64,000 nt of DNA from an uncultured Gammaproteobacteria bacterium (GCA_965230895.1 OZ246394.1:980668-1044667), one strand, 5' to 3'; positions 40,891 to 51,572 are shown, counted from the first letter of the stretch. Notes: a model not told the origin generated them from the sequence alone. Numbers and translations: made by a program.

Positions 40891-42288
40891 CTATTGTGAG
40901 CAAGTGAAGTTAGCGTCTTTCTGAAGTTTGACCATGCCACCCCATTCAACTGCTGTAAAGCCTGATCGTGTTGGAGTTGTAACAGTTGGTGCATCAACAA
41001 CTTTTCGGTCCTTCAAAGGCTCGAAGAACAATCGAACACGAATTGTTGTATCAGGCTTTGGTGAAATTGTGAGCTTTTCGATCTGATCAACTTCAGAAAC
41101 AGGCATCACTCCAACAAAGTAATATGGTGAGAATGGAAGGTATTTATTCCAATATTCCTTAAAGTCTTTTGTTTCTTTAGCATTCAAACCAAGCTGTGGA
41201 AGAATTGTTGAGTACAAAGAATCAAGTTCTGAATAAGATGCTACATACCCTTTTGTTGGTTTATTAAACGATGAATCTGGAATTTCAGCCTCATAATAAA
41301 GGTATGGGAATTCCTGACCACCTGATGTGATAGTTCCATCTGGTTCAGCTGTTACATTCCATCCACCCTGTGGGTATTGTGGGATAGTCAAGGTTAACGG
41401 ACCCTTTGCATCAACTTTAACTGCTGTTTGTTGCGTTTGTGTAGGATACAAATAGATCGCAGGCTTACAATCTGGTGTAAACCAACTGTATACAGGGGTA
41501 TCGACAAGATAGAACCACTTCAATTGAAGGTTTTCTTTTGCTTCACTTGAGAACTGTACAGGCTGCTGTGTTGGGATATATTCATACGCATCATTTCCAT
41601 CAATGAGGTAAACTGTGCCTAAATGATAGTACAATGTATACGCTTGATTACGTGATTGGACAAATAACGTTCCAGCGTTTTGTACACCTTGACGTGCTTG
41701 TAATGTATTTAATGTACTTTTGATATCTGCATAAATATACGCTGGCTCATTCAAGGCTGCTCCTGGGTTTGTTACATCTGTTTGGTTAAATGCAGCCGGA
41801 GGAAATTGACTTGTTCTCCAGTAATCAACTGTTTGGCGCTCTCCACCTTTACTTGTACAGTTCTTTACAAAATCAGGAATTGCTACACCGTCTTTAATAT
41901 AGACATTAAATAGTCGCATGTTCTTGTTCTTCTTTGTTGAGTCTACATAGATAAAGTCTTCACCAATTGGCTCACCGAAGTAGTTCTTACCTGGGACAAG
42001 ATACATGTCCTTGCCATCAGCGTTACCACCTGCTGCAACACCAACTTTTTTCATATCTTGTTGTACTTTATCTTCGGAGATACCTGCGTTTATTTTAAGG
42101 AGATTGAACTTAGCACCATTATATGTGACCTGATCTGCAGTGTTTGCAGGATCATAATCAACACAAGCTACTGCATCAACAGCTGTTGTATTAACAGGAT
42201 CATAGTTGGGTTTCATTGCGGTTGTTGCAGAAAGAGCTACAGCAGCAACTGCTACAACTCCGACAACAATAATTCCACTATCTTTCAT
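40891..42288 (-). CDS. secreted/anchored hypothetical protein with C-terminal KPxIYLYP domain
   Basis: Hydrophobic N-terminus; CKPAIYLYP..YPQGGWNVTAEPDG..YLYYE..EWGG. Confidence 0.7.
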   Translation of the reverse strand: MKDSGIIVVGVVAVAAVALSATTAMKPNYDPVNTTAVDAVACVDYDPANTADQVTYNGAKFNLLKINAGISEDKVQQDMKKVGVAAGGNADGKDMYLVPGKNYFGEPIGEDFIYVDSTKKNKNMRLFNVYIKDGVAIPDFVKNCTSKGGERQTVDYWRTSQFPPAAFNQTDVTNPGAALNEPAYIYADIKSTLNTLQARQGVQNAGTLFVQSRNQAYTLYYHLGTVYLIDGNDAYEYIPTQQPVQFSSEAKENLQLKWFYLVDTPVYSWFTPDCKPAIYLYPTQTQQTAVKVDAKGPLTLTIPQYPQGGWNVTAEPDGTITSGGQEFPYLYYEAEIPDSSFNKPTKGYVASYSELDSLYSTILPQLGLNAKETKDFKEYWNKYLPFSPYYFVGVMPVSEVDQIEKLTISPKPDTTIRVRLFFEPLKDRKVVDAPTVTTPTRSGFTAVEWGGMVKLQKDANFTCSQ

Positions 42289-42356
42289 ACTACATTACTA
42301 GTATATTCATATTGGAGAAGCGTTGTAAAGACATCAAAGAATATCAATCTTTTGGG

Positions 42357-44069
42357 TTATACCTCGATAACAACGGGCAGGACCAATGGTCGTGTTCTAA
42401 ATTTCTTGTATAAATGCCTCTCTGCTATTTCTCCTATCGCTCGTCTGACATGAAACCAATTAGTAACTTGATCTTTCTTTGTGGAAAATACTTTTTCAAT
42501 TTCTGTTGTAAGTGATTGTGAAAGGTCTTTCGTATCTGTAAAGGAAGATCCTCTGGAGATAATCTCAGGCCTTTCTGCGAGTTGTCCGTCAGATGATTTA
42601 ACTTCTGCCATAATAATCATTATTCCTTCTTTTGCTAGCTTCTCTCTATCACGAATGACGAAACTATCTACTTCTTCCCCAGAGACTTCATCGACATAGA
42701 CATGCTTAATTGGTACTTTCTTACCATACTTCACACTTTGTTTTGAAAAGATTACTTCTCTTCCATTTTCGACTAAGAAAATATCGTTTCTTTTGTAACC
42801 CATTTTCTGTGCAGTCGTTCGATAATTTACCATGTGCCGATAGGTACCGCTAATTGGCAATAAATACTTCGGCTGTGTTAATGCAATCAATAGCATATGA
42901 TCTCCAGCTGAACCGTGTCCAGAGACATGGAATGTACCTCCAAAATGAGAATTATGTAAAACTTTTGAACCTCTTTTTGAGATTGTGTCAGTAAGAGCAT
43001 TCACAGAAAGTTCATTCCCAGGAATTGTATCTGATGAAAAAAGCACACTGTCTAAAGGATCCAAGATAATGTCTTTATGCTCTCCTTCTGCTATTCTTGT
43101 CATTGCAGAATTCTCTTGACCTTGACTCCCAGCGATTATTAAGCACACTTGCTTGGCTTTGTATTTTGAAATTTCTGTAACTCCAATTTCAGTTCCTGGC
43201 CTCATATGGAGATATCCCAATTTCTCTCCAATTTGCTTTACTTTTAACATAGATCTTCCAACAAAGCAGACCTTTCGCCCAACCTTCTCTGCTGCTTGAA
43301 TTACCTGATTCATTCGAGAAATATTTGATGAATAGGTGGTGACAATAAATTTCCCAGGACATTCACGCATTTCTCGCTCAAAGTTTGCAGCTAGATGAAT
43401 TTCTGAAGGAGTAAACCCATCCTTCTCAGAGCCGAGACAATCCGACATTAAACAAATGAAACCTTCTTGTGCAGCTTGAGTTATTTTAAGAAAATCAGTT
43501 CGTTTTCCATCCGCTGGAGTAAAATCAAATTTAAAGTCACTTCCATGAAAGAAATTTCCTGCTGGCGTTTTAATAATAATATTTGCACTATCAGGAACTG
43601 AATGTGTAACTCGGACAAATGAAACGGTAAATTCACCAAGATGTAATTCTGGATCAGTAAACTGGACAGTATTGATGATAGGCTTCATCTTATAATCTAA
43701 TAATTTTTCATTTGCCAAAGCAGCAGTCAGTGGTGATGCATAAATTGGGAATTCAGGAAGTTGCGGCAATATAAATGGTAACCCTCCGATATGATCTTCA
43801 TGTCCATGTGTCAAAACGAGTCCAACAATTTTCTTTTTCCCAGACTTCAAAGATTCTAATAGCGGCGCTATATCTGGTAGTAATAAATTCACGCCAAGCA
43901 TTCCCTCATCCGGAAAACCAAGTCCACAATCGACAATAAGTATTTGGTCTTTAAACTCATAAAGATACATATTTCGCGTGACATCTTCTTCCCCACCTAA
44001 TGCCATGAATGACACTGAAGGAAGTACTGGAGCATTTTTTTGATTAGTTGTAGGTTTTTTATTTTCCAT
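42357..44069 (-). CDS. rnj: ribonuclease J
   Basis: THGHEDHIG, HSVPD, GSQG, HVSGH. Confidence 0.96.
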   Translation of the reverse strand: MENKKPTTNQKNAPVLPSVSFMALGGEEDVTRNMYLYEFKDQILIVDCGLGFPDEGMLGVNLLLPDIAPLLESLKSGKKKIVGLVLTHGHEDHIGGLPFILPQLPEFPIYASPLTAALANEKLLDYKMKPIINTVQFTDPELHLGEFTVSFVRVTHSVPDSANIIIKTPAGNFFHGSDFKFDFTPADGKRTDFLKITQAAQEGFICLMSDCLGSEKDGFTPSEIHLAANFEREMRECPGKFIVTTYSSNISRMNQVIQAAEKVGRKVCFVGRSMLKVKQIGEKLGYLHMRPGTEIGVTEISKYKAKQVCLIIAGSQGQENSAMTRIAEGEHKDIILDPLDSVLFSSDTIPGNELSVNALTDTISKRGSKVLHNSHFGGTFHVSGHGSAGDHMLLIALTQPKYLLPISGTYRHMVNYRTTAQKMGYKRNDIFLVENGREVIFSKQSVKYGKKVPIKHVYVDEVSGEEVDSFVIRDREKLAKEGIMIIMAEVKSSDGQLAERPEIISRGSSFTDTKDLSQSLTTEIEKVFSTKKDQVTNWFHVRRAIGEIAERHLYKKFRTRPLVLPVVIEV

Positions 44070-44119
44070 AAATTAACTGATATAGTATACCTCTGAGGGA
44101 TATGTAACACAAGTTATGA

Positions 44120-45451
44120 TTAGACTTCTGAAGTAAAAAGTTTGTGATTATCCGCAGTAATTTTGATATTCTTGGCTTCACCAGCGATAATCATTCTTGC
44201 TGCCTTTCTGCACATCATGTTTACAAGTCGTTCAAGACCACGAATTCCAGGATCGTATCCTAATGGACGAATGATAATTTCCCAAACAGGTTCATCAATA
44301 ACGAGCTGTTCAGGCTTTAAACCAATAAGTTTACTTACTTTTGGAAATACATAATCACGTCCAATGTGCATTTTTTCTTCATCATTATAAGAAGGCATTT
44401 GGATAATTTCCAAACGGTCGATAACAGCAGTTGAAATAGCAGTCGTATTGTTTGCTGTAGCTACGAATAGAGAGTTTGAAAGATTAAATGGATAGTCCAC
44501 ATAATGATCTGTAAACGCATTGTTTTGTCCAGGATCCAAAAGTTCAATTAAAACACCCATGATGTCAGCACGAGCTGCTTCGGTCACACGATCTAATTCA
44601 TCCATGAGAAGCACTGGATTTTTTGTACCTGCATGCACAAGTCTTTTGATAATTTGTCCAGGTTCTGCATCTGGGAAGAAACGTGATTGTCCACGGAGCA
44701 CACGGGAATCAGCCATACCTCCAAAAGGAATACGCTCAAATTGCCTTCCAAGAGCTTCAGCGATTGACATCGCAAATGTTGTTTTACCTGTACCTGCCAA
44801 TCCTACAAAACAAAGCACTGGAGATTGTGTAGCAAAATCAGGTCCGTTATTTTGGAGATTAAGCATAATTGAGGCGATATACTCAAGCATACGATTCTTC
44901 AATATTTCCAATCCGAAGTGATCACGGTCTAAGACTTCCTTTGCTTTCTTTAAATCGAGGATATCGTCACTTTTACTAATCCAAGGCAATCCAGTTACCC
45001 AATTAATATAACGCTGAGTTGATTCATATTCCATGATATACGTGGAACTCATAAACCCAGATCCAGAACGGATTAATGCCAATCGAGCAATACGATCTTC
45101 AAGAATCTTTCGAAGTTCATCAGGTACTGGTGCTTTTTCCACTTTTTCTCCAAGCGCTCGAATCTGATCGTATGATTCACCTTTGCTATTGGTGGAGGTT
45201 GGTTGTGTGATCGTCCCACCACTCGCAGCAGCTTGAGTCACATTTGCGGTTTGTGCAGCGCTTGCTGCTTGCACTTGTACTGCTTCCACTGCTTCTTGTT
45301 GTTGCGTGATTTGACTACTTGGTAATGCAGCAATTGGCTGATCACCATTATTGGTCGAATTATCACCATTAACTCCGCCTCCAGTGGTAGGAGTTTGCGA
45401 TTGTGGTGGTGCAGCAGGAGCTGAACCTGGTGGTTGAGCAGTAGGGTCCAT
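44120..45451 (-). CDS. Lon-type AAA+ ATPase lacking both the N-domain and the protease domain
   Basis: LPW..LDRDHFGLE.LK.R.LEY, GLAGTGKT, LMDELD, LLDP.QN..F.DHY; ends right after the AAA alpha subdomain. Confidence 0.85.
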   Translation of the reverse strand: MDPTAQPPGSAPAAPPQSQTPTTGGGVNGDNSTNNGDQPIAALPSSQITQQQEAVEAVQVQAASAAQTANVTQAAASGGTITQPTSTNSKGESYDQIRALGEKVEKAPVPDELRKILEDRIARLALIRSGSGFMSSTYIMEYESTQRYINWVTGLPWISKSDDILDLKKAKEVLDRDHFGLEILKNRMLEYIASIMLNLQNNGPDFATQSPVLCFVGLAGTGKTTFAMSIAEALGRQFERIPFGGMADSRVLRGQSRFFPDAEPGQIIKRLVHAGTKNPVLLMDELDRVTEAARADIMGVLIELLDPGQNNAFTDHYVDYPFNLSNSLFVATANNTTAISTAVIDRLEIIQMPSYNDEEKMHIGRDYVFPKVSKLIGLKPEQLVIDEPVWEIIIRPLGYDPGIRGLERLVNMMCRKAARMIIAGEAKNIKITADNHKLFTSEV

Positions 45452-45529
45452 AAGTATATATTACAATATTTGAGGAATATTACAAAATTATGATCTTTAT
45501 CTCGTATACTCTTTCGTATTGTAGCGTTT

Positions 45530-46285
45530 ATGAATGCAGAAATTTATATTGGCACTTCCGGTTGGCATTATGACGATTGGGTTGGTCTGTTCTATCCTTC
45601 TGAAATTAAGGGATATAACGAACTCCGATATCATGCCCAGTATTTTAATACCGTTGAGAATAACTCATCATTTTATCGAATAGCTGGTGAGTCCACATAT
45701 AAAACTTGGTCCAGAATGACACCAGAACCATATAAATTTTCAATGAAACTTAATAAGGATATTACACACATCCGTAAACTTTCATTGGACGAGGAGACAC
45801 GAAAAAAGATTCATTATGTTCTCGAAACAACGCAAGTTCTTAAAGAGAAACTTGGAGCAATTGTTATCCAATTACCAGCTAGCTTTAAATATGACATCAC
45901 ACTATTAGAGACTTTTCTTTGTTTTTTTACAACAGTTGTTAAAAAACAAACATACTCTTTTGATGTAGCAATTGAGTTCAGAAATAAGTACTGGTTCAAT
46001 GAAGATACCTATGCACTATTAAGAAAATACAATATTGCGCTCGTTGCCAGTCAGTCATCAAGGTATCCAGAAGTTCGTCAAGTTACTGCAGATTTTGCAT
46101 ATATACGTATGCACGGGCCAGAGAAACTCTTTGCTTCAAAATATACTATAGAGCAGTTACAAGATTGGGCTTCGTATGTGAGAAGTATCCAATCGCAAGT
46201 AAAACGAGTCTATATCTACTTTAACAATGATTTCCATGGATATGCTTTAGAGAATGCTAAGGAGCTTAAAAAAATGCTTAAGTAG
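45530..46285 (+). CDS. DUF72 family protein
   Basis: IGTSGWHY, F.TVENNSSFY, QLPASF, EFR..W, YIR.HG, YFNND. Confidence 0.92.
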   Translation: MNAEIYIGTSGWHYDDWVGLFYPSEIKGYNELRYHAQYFNTVENNSSFYRIAGESTYKTWSRMTPEPYKFSMKLNKDITHIRKLSLDEETRKKIHYVLETTQVLKEKLGAIVIQLPASFKYDITLLETFLCFFTTVVKKQTYSFDVAIEFRNKYWFNEDTYALLRKYNIALVASQSSRYPEVRQVTADFAYIRMHGPEKLFASKYTIEQLQDWASYVRSIQSQVKRVYIYFNNDFHGYALENAKELKKMLK

Positions 46286-46291
46286 GATGTA

Positions 46292-48649
46292 TTATCTGCT
46301 GAATCGCTTCTTTGGACCGAATTTTCCTCGGCCTCCACTGCGCTTTTCATCATTTTCTCTTTGCAATTGTCGTGACAATGGATGATCTGATCGAGGTCGG
46401 TCTCCACCACGGTCATTGCGATCATTTCTTCGATTGTTGTTAAATGGTCTACCACTTGGACGATCAAACGATCGTTGTCCTCGATCATCGCCACTACCTT
46501 GTGGTCGATCAAAGTTTGGTTGTCGTTCTTCTCCACCTTCATCCTCAGATGGCCCTTCGTCATCACCAAGAAGCATTGTTAAATTAATTCTTCCTTGCTG
46601 ATCTTTCTCTTCAATCTTTACTCGGACAACATCTCCAATTGCAACAACTTCTGCTGGATCTTTGACAAATCCTCGCTTCATTTTACTAACATGAACCATG
46701 CCTTCTCGTCCTGGAAGATATTCAACAAATGCCCCGAATGGAAGGATTCTCTTTACTTCTCCTTCAAATTCTTCACCTGGGACAACTTCTCGAGTCATGC
46801 CACTGATCCAATCAACGGCTTTCTGTACTGATTCTGCTGAAACACCTGTGATACTTACTTTTCCATCATCATCAATGTCGACATCAGCACCTGTTGTCGC
46901 AATGATATTTTTAATATTCTTTCCACTTGGTCCGATAACTTCACCAATCTTTTCAACTGGAACATGAATTTGCTCAATCTTTGGAGCGTATTCTGAAACT
47001 GCTGCCCGAGGTTCTGAGATTGCATTGACGATTACTTCAAGGATATGCATTCGTGCTGTTCGAGCTCGAGCCAAAATTTCTGAAACCTGTTGGTCAGTAA
47101 GACCTGGGATCTTAACATCTAATTGGATTGCTGTAATACCCTTTTCAGTACCAGCAACTTTGAAATCCATGTCACCTGAGAAATCTTCAAGCCCGATGAT
47201 GTCAGTCAAAAGAGTGTATTTATCACCTTCAGACATCATACCGATTGAAATACCAGCGACAGGAGCAGTGATAGGAACACCAGCGTCCATCAAAGCAAGT
47301 GTTGATCCGCAAGTTGATCCCATTGAACTTGAACCGTTTTGTGAGAGTACTTCTGATACAACTCGGATCGTATATGGGAAATCTTCTTTCGCTGGAAGCA
47401 CTGCTCGCAGTGCTTTTTCAGCCAAAGCACCGTGTCCGATTTCTCGTCGACCTGGAGTTCCAACACGTCCAGTCTGACCAAACGAATATGGAAGACCTGA
47501 ATAGTGATGCATGTAGTGTCGTGATTCTTCACCTTCTGCAGTTTCAATAAGTTGCTCCATTCGTGGAGATCCAAGTGTCGCAATACTTAAAACTTGAGTC
47601 AAACCTCTTTGGAATAGACCTGATCCATGTACTCGAGGGATGAGGCCAACTTGTCCAGTGATTTCACGAAGTTCATCAACTTTTCGGCCATCTGCTCGCT
47701 TTTGCTTGTTAACAACATCTGATCGGATCATCTTGAACATAACTTTTTCGAGCGCTGCTGCAAGTGTTTTCTTATCAATATCCTCTGTTGGATTCTTCAA
47801 TTTGAATTCATCATACACTTTGTCGACGAGAATACCAGTTTCGTTTCCGCCACCTTCTTTGCCTACTCGAGTCTGAATGATTTTTTGGATATCTTCTTTA
47901 TAAGTCTTTTCAAACAAATTGATTGCTTCAGTAAGTTCAGCATCTTGCTGTGGAACTGGAAGTTTTTCTTGTCCTACCTTTTTGACAAGTTCTTCAATTG
48001 ATGCAATAACTTTTCGTGTTTCTTCGTGAGCTTTTACAATACCTTCATGAACAATTTCTTCACTTACCTGCATTGCTCCTGTTTCAATCATGTTTGTAAG
48101 ATCTTTTGTCTGTGAGACTACAAGATCAAGATCTGAAATCAATTGTTCAGGACGTGTTGGATTACTGATAAATCCACCTTCTTCTGTGTATCCCATACGT
48201 ATACCTGCAACTGGACCATTCCAAGGGATTCGAGAGATAGCAAGTGCTGCAGAAACAGTATTGAATGCAACCATATCCGCATCATTATCTTCATCTATAG
48301 AAAGGATTGTAATTATAACTTGAACATCGTGCTTGAATGCTTTAGGGAAAAGTGGGCGAATTGATCGATCGATAAGTCTACCTGTGAGGATTGCATCATC
48401 TGATGGACGACCTTCTCTTTTTACCCATCGACTACCTTTAATTCTTCCACCTGCATACAGTCTTTCCTGCACTTCAACTGAAAGTGGGAAGTAATCAAGT
48501 GAGCTTTCGCCACCTTCAACAACTGTGACAAGAACAACTGTATCGCCAAGTCGGCCAAGTACTGCTGCTGTTGCTTGTGGAGCAAGTTCGCCTGTTTCAA
48601 ATGTTAAAGTCTTTCCTGCAAATTCAGCAGAGACTGAGGTTTTATTCAT
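46292..48649 (-). CDS. pnp: polyribonucleotide nucleotidyltransferase
   Basis: RLIDRSIRPLF, RREIGHG, NGSSSM, GDMDFKVAGT, KH and S1 domains. Confidence 0.98.
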   Translation of the reverse strand: MNKTSVSAEFAGKTLTFETGELAPQATAAVLGRLGDTVVLVTVVEGGESSLDYFPLSVEVQERLYAGGRIKGSRWVKREGRPSDDAILTGRLIDRSIRPLFPKAFKHDVQVIITILSIDEDNDADMVAFNTVSAALAISRIPWNGPVAGIRMGYTEEGGFISNPTRPEQLISDLDLVVSQTKDLTNMIETGAMQVSEEIVHEGIVKAHEETRKVIASIEELVKKVGQEKLPVPQQDAELTEAINLFEKTYKEDIQKIIQTRVGKEGGGNETGILVDKVYDEFKLKNPTEDIDKKTLAAALEKVMFKMIRSDVVNKQKRADGRKVDELREITGQVGLIPRVHGSGLFQRGLTQVLSIATLGSPRMEQLIETAEGEESRHYMHHYSGLPYSFGQTGRVGTPGRREIGHGALAEKALRAVLPAKEDFPYTIRVVSEVLSQNGSSSMGSTCGSTLALMDAGVPITAPVAGISIGMMSEGDKYTLLTDIIGLEDFSGDMDFKVAGTEKGITAIQLDVKIPGLTDQQVSEILARARTARMHILEVIVNAISEPRAAVSEYAPKIEQIHVPVEKIGEVIGPSGKNIKNIIATTGADVDIDDDGKVSITGVSAESVQKAVDWISGMTREVVPGEEFEGEVKRILPFGAFVEYLPGREGMVHVSKMKRGFVKDPAEVVAIGDVVRVKIEEKDQQGRINLTMLLGDDEGPSEDEGGEERQPNFDRPQGSGDDRGQRSFDRPSGRPFNNNRRNDRNDRGGDRPRSDHPLSRQLQRENDEKRSGGRGKFGPKKRFSR

Positions 48650-48733
48650 GTTTTTTTATTATATATCCTTTCTCGTTCGTCTACAAACAGTAATTTAAAA
48701 TTCTCTTATGAAGAAATATCTGTAGTCTGTAAA

Positions 48734-49003
48734 TTAGTCTTTTAATCCGATCTTTGCTAAGATTCCGGAAACTCTCTTATCATCAACTTTTTTAAGGAAG
48801 TTAATAAGTCTTCGTCTTTTAGCAATCATTGATAAAAGGCCGCGTCGACTGTGTACATCATGAGCATGTGCTTTCAAATGTTCAGCAAGTCTTTGAATTC
48901 TTGTACTAAGAAGAGCAATTTGGACTTCAGGACTTCCTGTGTCACCTTTTGCTGTTTGGTATTCTGTAATAATTTCTTGTTTTTGTGTAGTGCTTAATGG
49001 CAT
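48734..49003 (-). CDS. rpsO: 30S ribosomal protein S15
   Basis: DTGSPEVQIALL, H..D.HSRRGL. Confidence 0.98.
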   Translation of the reverse strand: MPLSTTQKQEIITEYQTAKGDTGSPEVQIALLSTRIQRLAEHLKAHAHDVHSRRGLLSMIAKRRRLINFLKKVDDKRVSGILAKIGLKD

Positions 49004-49066
49004 AACAAAATGTATTATAGCATTTTACGCTTGTAACAACAAGTACTAATGTAAGAGCAGATCCTA

Positions 49067-50071
49067 TTAAACGTCTGTAGATCCTTTGTAGACCTTAGGT
49101 GTCAGCCAATCGAGTGGCGGAGCATCATCTTGTTGATCTGCTGTTTGTGCTGCAGGCTGTGGCGCAGGTTGAGGTGCGGGCGCTTGAGCCGGAGCCGGTG
49201 CTGCTTGTGGTCTCGGTGCTGGAGCTGGCTGCGGTCGTGGAGCTGGCGCTGGTTGTTGTGTTGGTCTTGGTTGCGCTTGTGGTCTTGGTGCTGGGATCGC
49301 ATCTGCTGCTTGGTCAGCATATTGTCTTGGCGCTGGTTGTCCACTAACTCTTCGTGCTCCACGCTTCATTAAGAATGCTGAAACTTCAAATGCTAAAGAA
49401 CTTGTTCGTGGATCTTGGAAATTCTTTGTCGCAGTCATAATACCACTTAATAAATTCTGTGCTGCATCTTGTTCGATCTGGAATCCAAGTGTCAAAACAA
49501 TATCTGCAACATGTTCACTGATAGATGAAGATTGAGGATCGATAAGAACGATATCACCATAACCTTGGTTGTTTGCTTTATTATCAATGTTAATAATACT
49601 GATATTTGAGAACTTCTGTTCATCAAAAACATCACCAAGATCAGAAAGACTTGCAGCACCTACGGTAATTAAAAGATCAATCGTACCACTACCACGTGTG
49701 TATCGAACATCTTGCTCATCAAAGGAAAGACCTTGTTCTGAAGCTTTTACAATAATGTTCAAGAAATTATTTTCAAGTGTATATGAAACTTTTTCGATCT
49801 CTCCTTCTTGATATGGGAAAGATACCACTAAATCACCTGCGTCTCCGCCAAATGCGCGTTGTACTTTATTAATTCCAACTAATGAAGAAATTTCTACTAT
49901 AGGGTCTGATGGACTTGCAATACTCACTTTCTTGTTTGCATTCTTAAGAAGTAAATAAAGCGCAAGAGCTGCACCCATCTCATCGACTGAAGGTTCACGG
50001 CCAACGGCAATACCAATACTATTGCTTTTGCCAATTGCATCTTTAAGTTTTTGAATTATATTTTTATCCAT
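49067..50071 (-). CDS. degenerate DHH (NrnA-like) protein with Pro/Gln/Ala-rich tail
   Basis: Position after infB; PSVDEMGA, IINIDNK, SSISE, LLSGI..AT..F are NrnA-like segments, but DHH is replaced by DNK. Confidence 0.7.
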   Translation of the reverse strand: MDKNIIQKLKDAIGKSNSIGIAVGREPSVDEMGAALALYLLLKNANKKVSIASPSDPIVEISSLVGINKVQRAFGGDAGDLVVSFPYQEGEIEKVSYTLENNFLNIIVKASEQGLSFDEQDVRYTRGSGTIDLLITVGAASLSDLGDVFDEQKFSNISIINIDNKANNQGYGDIVLIDPQSSSISEHVADIVLTLGFQIEQDAAQNLLSGIMTATKNFQDPRTSSLAFEVSAFLMKRGARRVSGQPAPRQYADQAADAIPAPRPQAQPRPTQQPAPAPRPQPAPAPRPQAAPAPAQAPAPQPAPQPAAQTADQQDDAPPLDWLTPKVYKGSTDV

Positions 50072-50099
50072 AAGTTTCGCTCAATTCTGCCTAACAGAA

Positions 50100-51572
50100 C
50101 TAACTATGGGATATTATCATATCTCCTACTTGTATGTCAAGCCCCCCTGCTAATACTACTCCTGCTTCATTTCCTTTCTCAACTTTAGAGGTTGGATTCT
50201 TACCAATACGTAGAGATTGCATTGTAGTTTCGCCTACAACATCATCTCCACGAAGCACTCTGAGTCTATCACCACGAGCAATTCTTCCATCAAGCACTGA
50301 GATACCAAATGCAAATGTCTTTTCAAAAGGGAACTTCGCAAGAATTTTTGCGGTTCCAAATATTTGTTCCATCTGTGACTGTAATTTACCTTCCAAAGCA
50401 TCACTCACTTCATCGAGCATTTCATAAATAATTTCATAATTTCGAAGAAGTACTTTCTCCGCGAAGGCAAAACTTATTAAATCTGGCTTTACCTTAGTAT
50501 TGAAGCTCAACAAGATACTTCCAGTTGATTTCGCTAACAGAACATCCGCCTCACTTACTTCACCAGTTTTCTGTTGAACAATTTTGATCCCTTCAGGAAA
50601 TGCATTTACAATAGCCTCTAAAGAACCCTGTGAATCAGCAACCAAAACAACTGAAATACCTTTATGCTCTTCTGCTCTTTGATAGACTAACTCTTTCTTC
50701 AACGATTGCTCTTCTTGTTGCGGAACTGAAGCTTTGGCGTGTTCTTTATCTGTAATAATACTTCCAACCTGAGGAACACTTGTAAATCCGAGTATTTCAA
50801 CAGCATCCCCAACAGTTACAGACTGAACTGGTTTACCCAGAGTATTTAATAATGTCCTAATCTTAAAAACTTGACCATCAATCTGGACCTCTTCACGAAC
50901 TGACATACTCCCATTCTTGATAATCGCAGTTGCTTTTGCGCCAGCACGATTGTCCAAACGTGATTCGATAACAACAGCAGACAATGGAGCATCAGCTCGG
51001 ATATCCTCTGCGTACGTAGGAGATCGATGCATATCAAACATAAGCAGGATTAAATCTAGGAGCTCCTTAATGTTATGACCTGTTTTTGCAGATACAGCAA
51101 TAACAGGAGTTTCTCCTCCATACCCTTCAAGCTGAATTCCTTCACCTAAAATTTCTTGTTTTACTTTTTCAGCATTAGCGGTTGGTAAATCAGATTTCGT
51201 TAAGACGACGATAAAATTAGTTTTTGCATCCTTCAGAACTTGGATACTTTCCTTTGTTTGAGGCTTGATACCATCACCTGCTGAGACAATGAGCAAACAA
51301 AGATCTGCAGCTTGCGCTCCACGACCTCGCATTTTATTAAATGCTTCGTGACCAGGAGTATCTATAAATGTAATCCATCGGTTTTCTCCTTCGTGATTGA
51401 TTTCAACTTCAGAAGCACCAATCTTCTGGGTAATACCACCTTTTTCTCGGTCAGCGATAGAACTTTTACGGATAGCATCAAGAAGCGTCGTTTTCCCATG
51501 ATCGACATGCCCAAGTACCGCAACTACAGGCGGAAATTGTTTTTGTGATGATGGTGTATCTTTTTTAGACAT
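50100..51572 (-). CDS. infB: translation initiation factor IF-2 (no N-terminal domain)
   Basis: GHVDHGKTTLLD, GGITQ.IGA, DTPGHEAF. Confidence 0.96.
   Translation of the reverse strand: MSKKDTPSSQKQFPPVVAVLGHVDHGKTTLLDAIRKSSIADREKGGITQKIGASEVEINHEGENRWITFIDTPGHEAFNKMRGRGAQAADLCLLIVSAGDGIKPQTKESIQVLKDAKTNFIVVLTKSDLPTANAEKVKQEILGEGIQLEGYGGETPVIAVSAKTGHNIKELLDLILLMFDMHRSPTYAEDIRADAPLSAVVIESRLDNRAGAKATAIIKNGSMSVREEVQIDGQVFKIRTLLNTLGKPVQSVTVGDAVEILGFTSVPQVGSIITDKEHAKASVPQQEEQSLKKELVYQRAEEHKGISVVLVADSQGSLEAIVNAFPEGIKIVQQKTGEVSEADVLLAKSTGSILLSFNTKVKPDLISFAFAEKVLLRNYEIIYEMLDEVSDALEGKLQSQMEQIFGTAKILAKFPFEKTFAFGISVLDGRIARGDRLRVLRGDDVVGETTMQSLRIGKNPTSKVEKGNEAGVVLAGGLDIQVGDMIISHS

Noticed and set aside
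48650-48733. Possible RNase III-type stem in the rpsO-pnp spacer
   Set aside because: Pairing is AT-rich and imperfect, and cannot be distinguished from chance by eye
49140-49300. GC-rich repetitive stretch as a CRISPR array or ncRNA
   Set aside because: It is the coding sequence of a Pro/Ala/Gln linker, with no repeat-spacer structure
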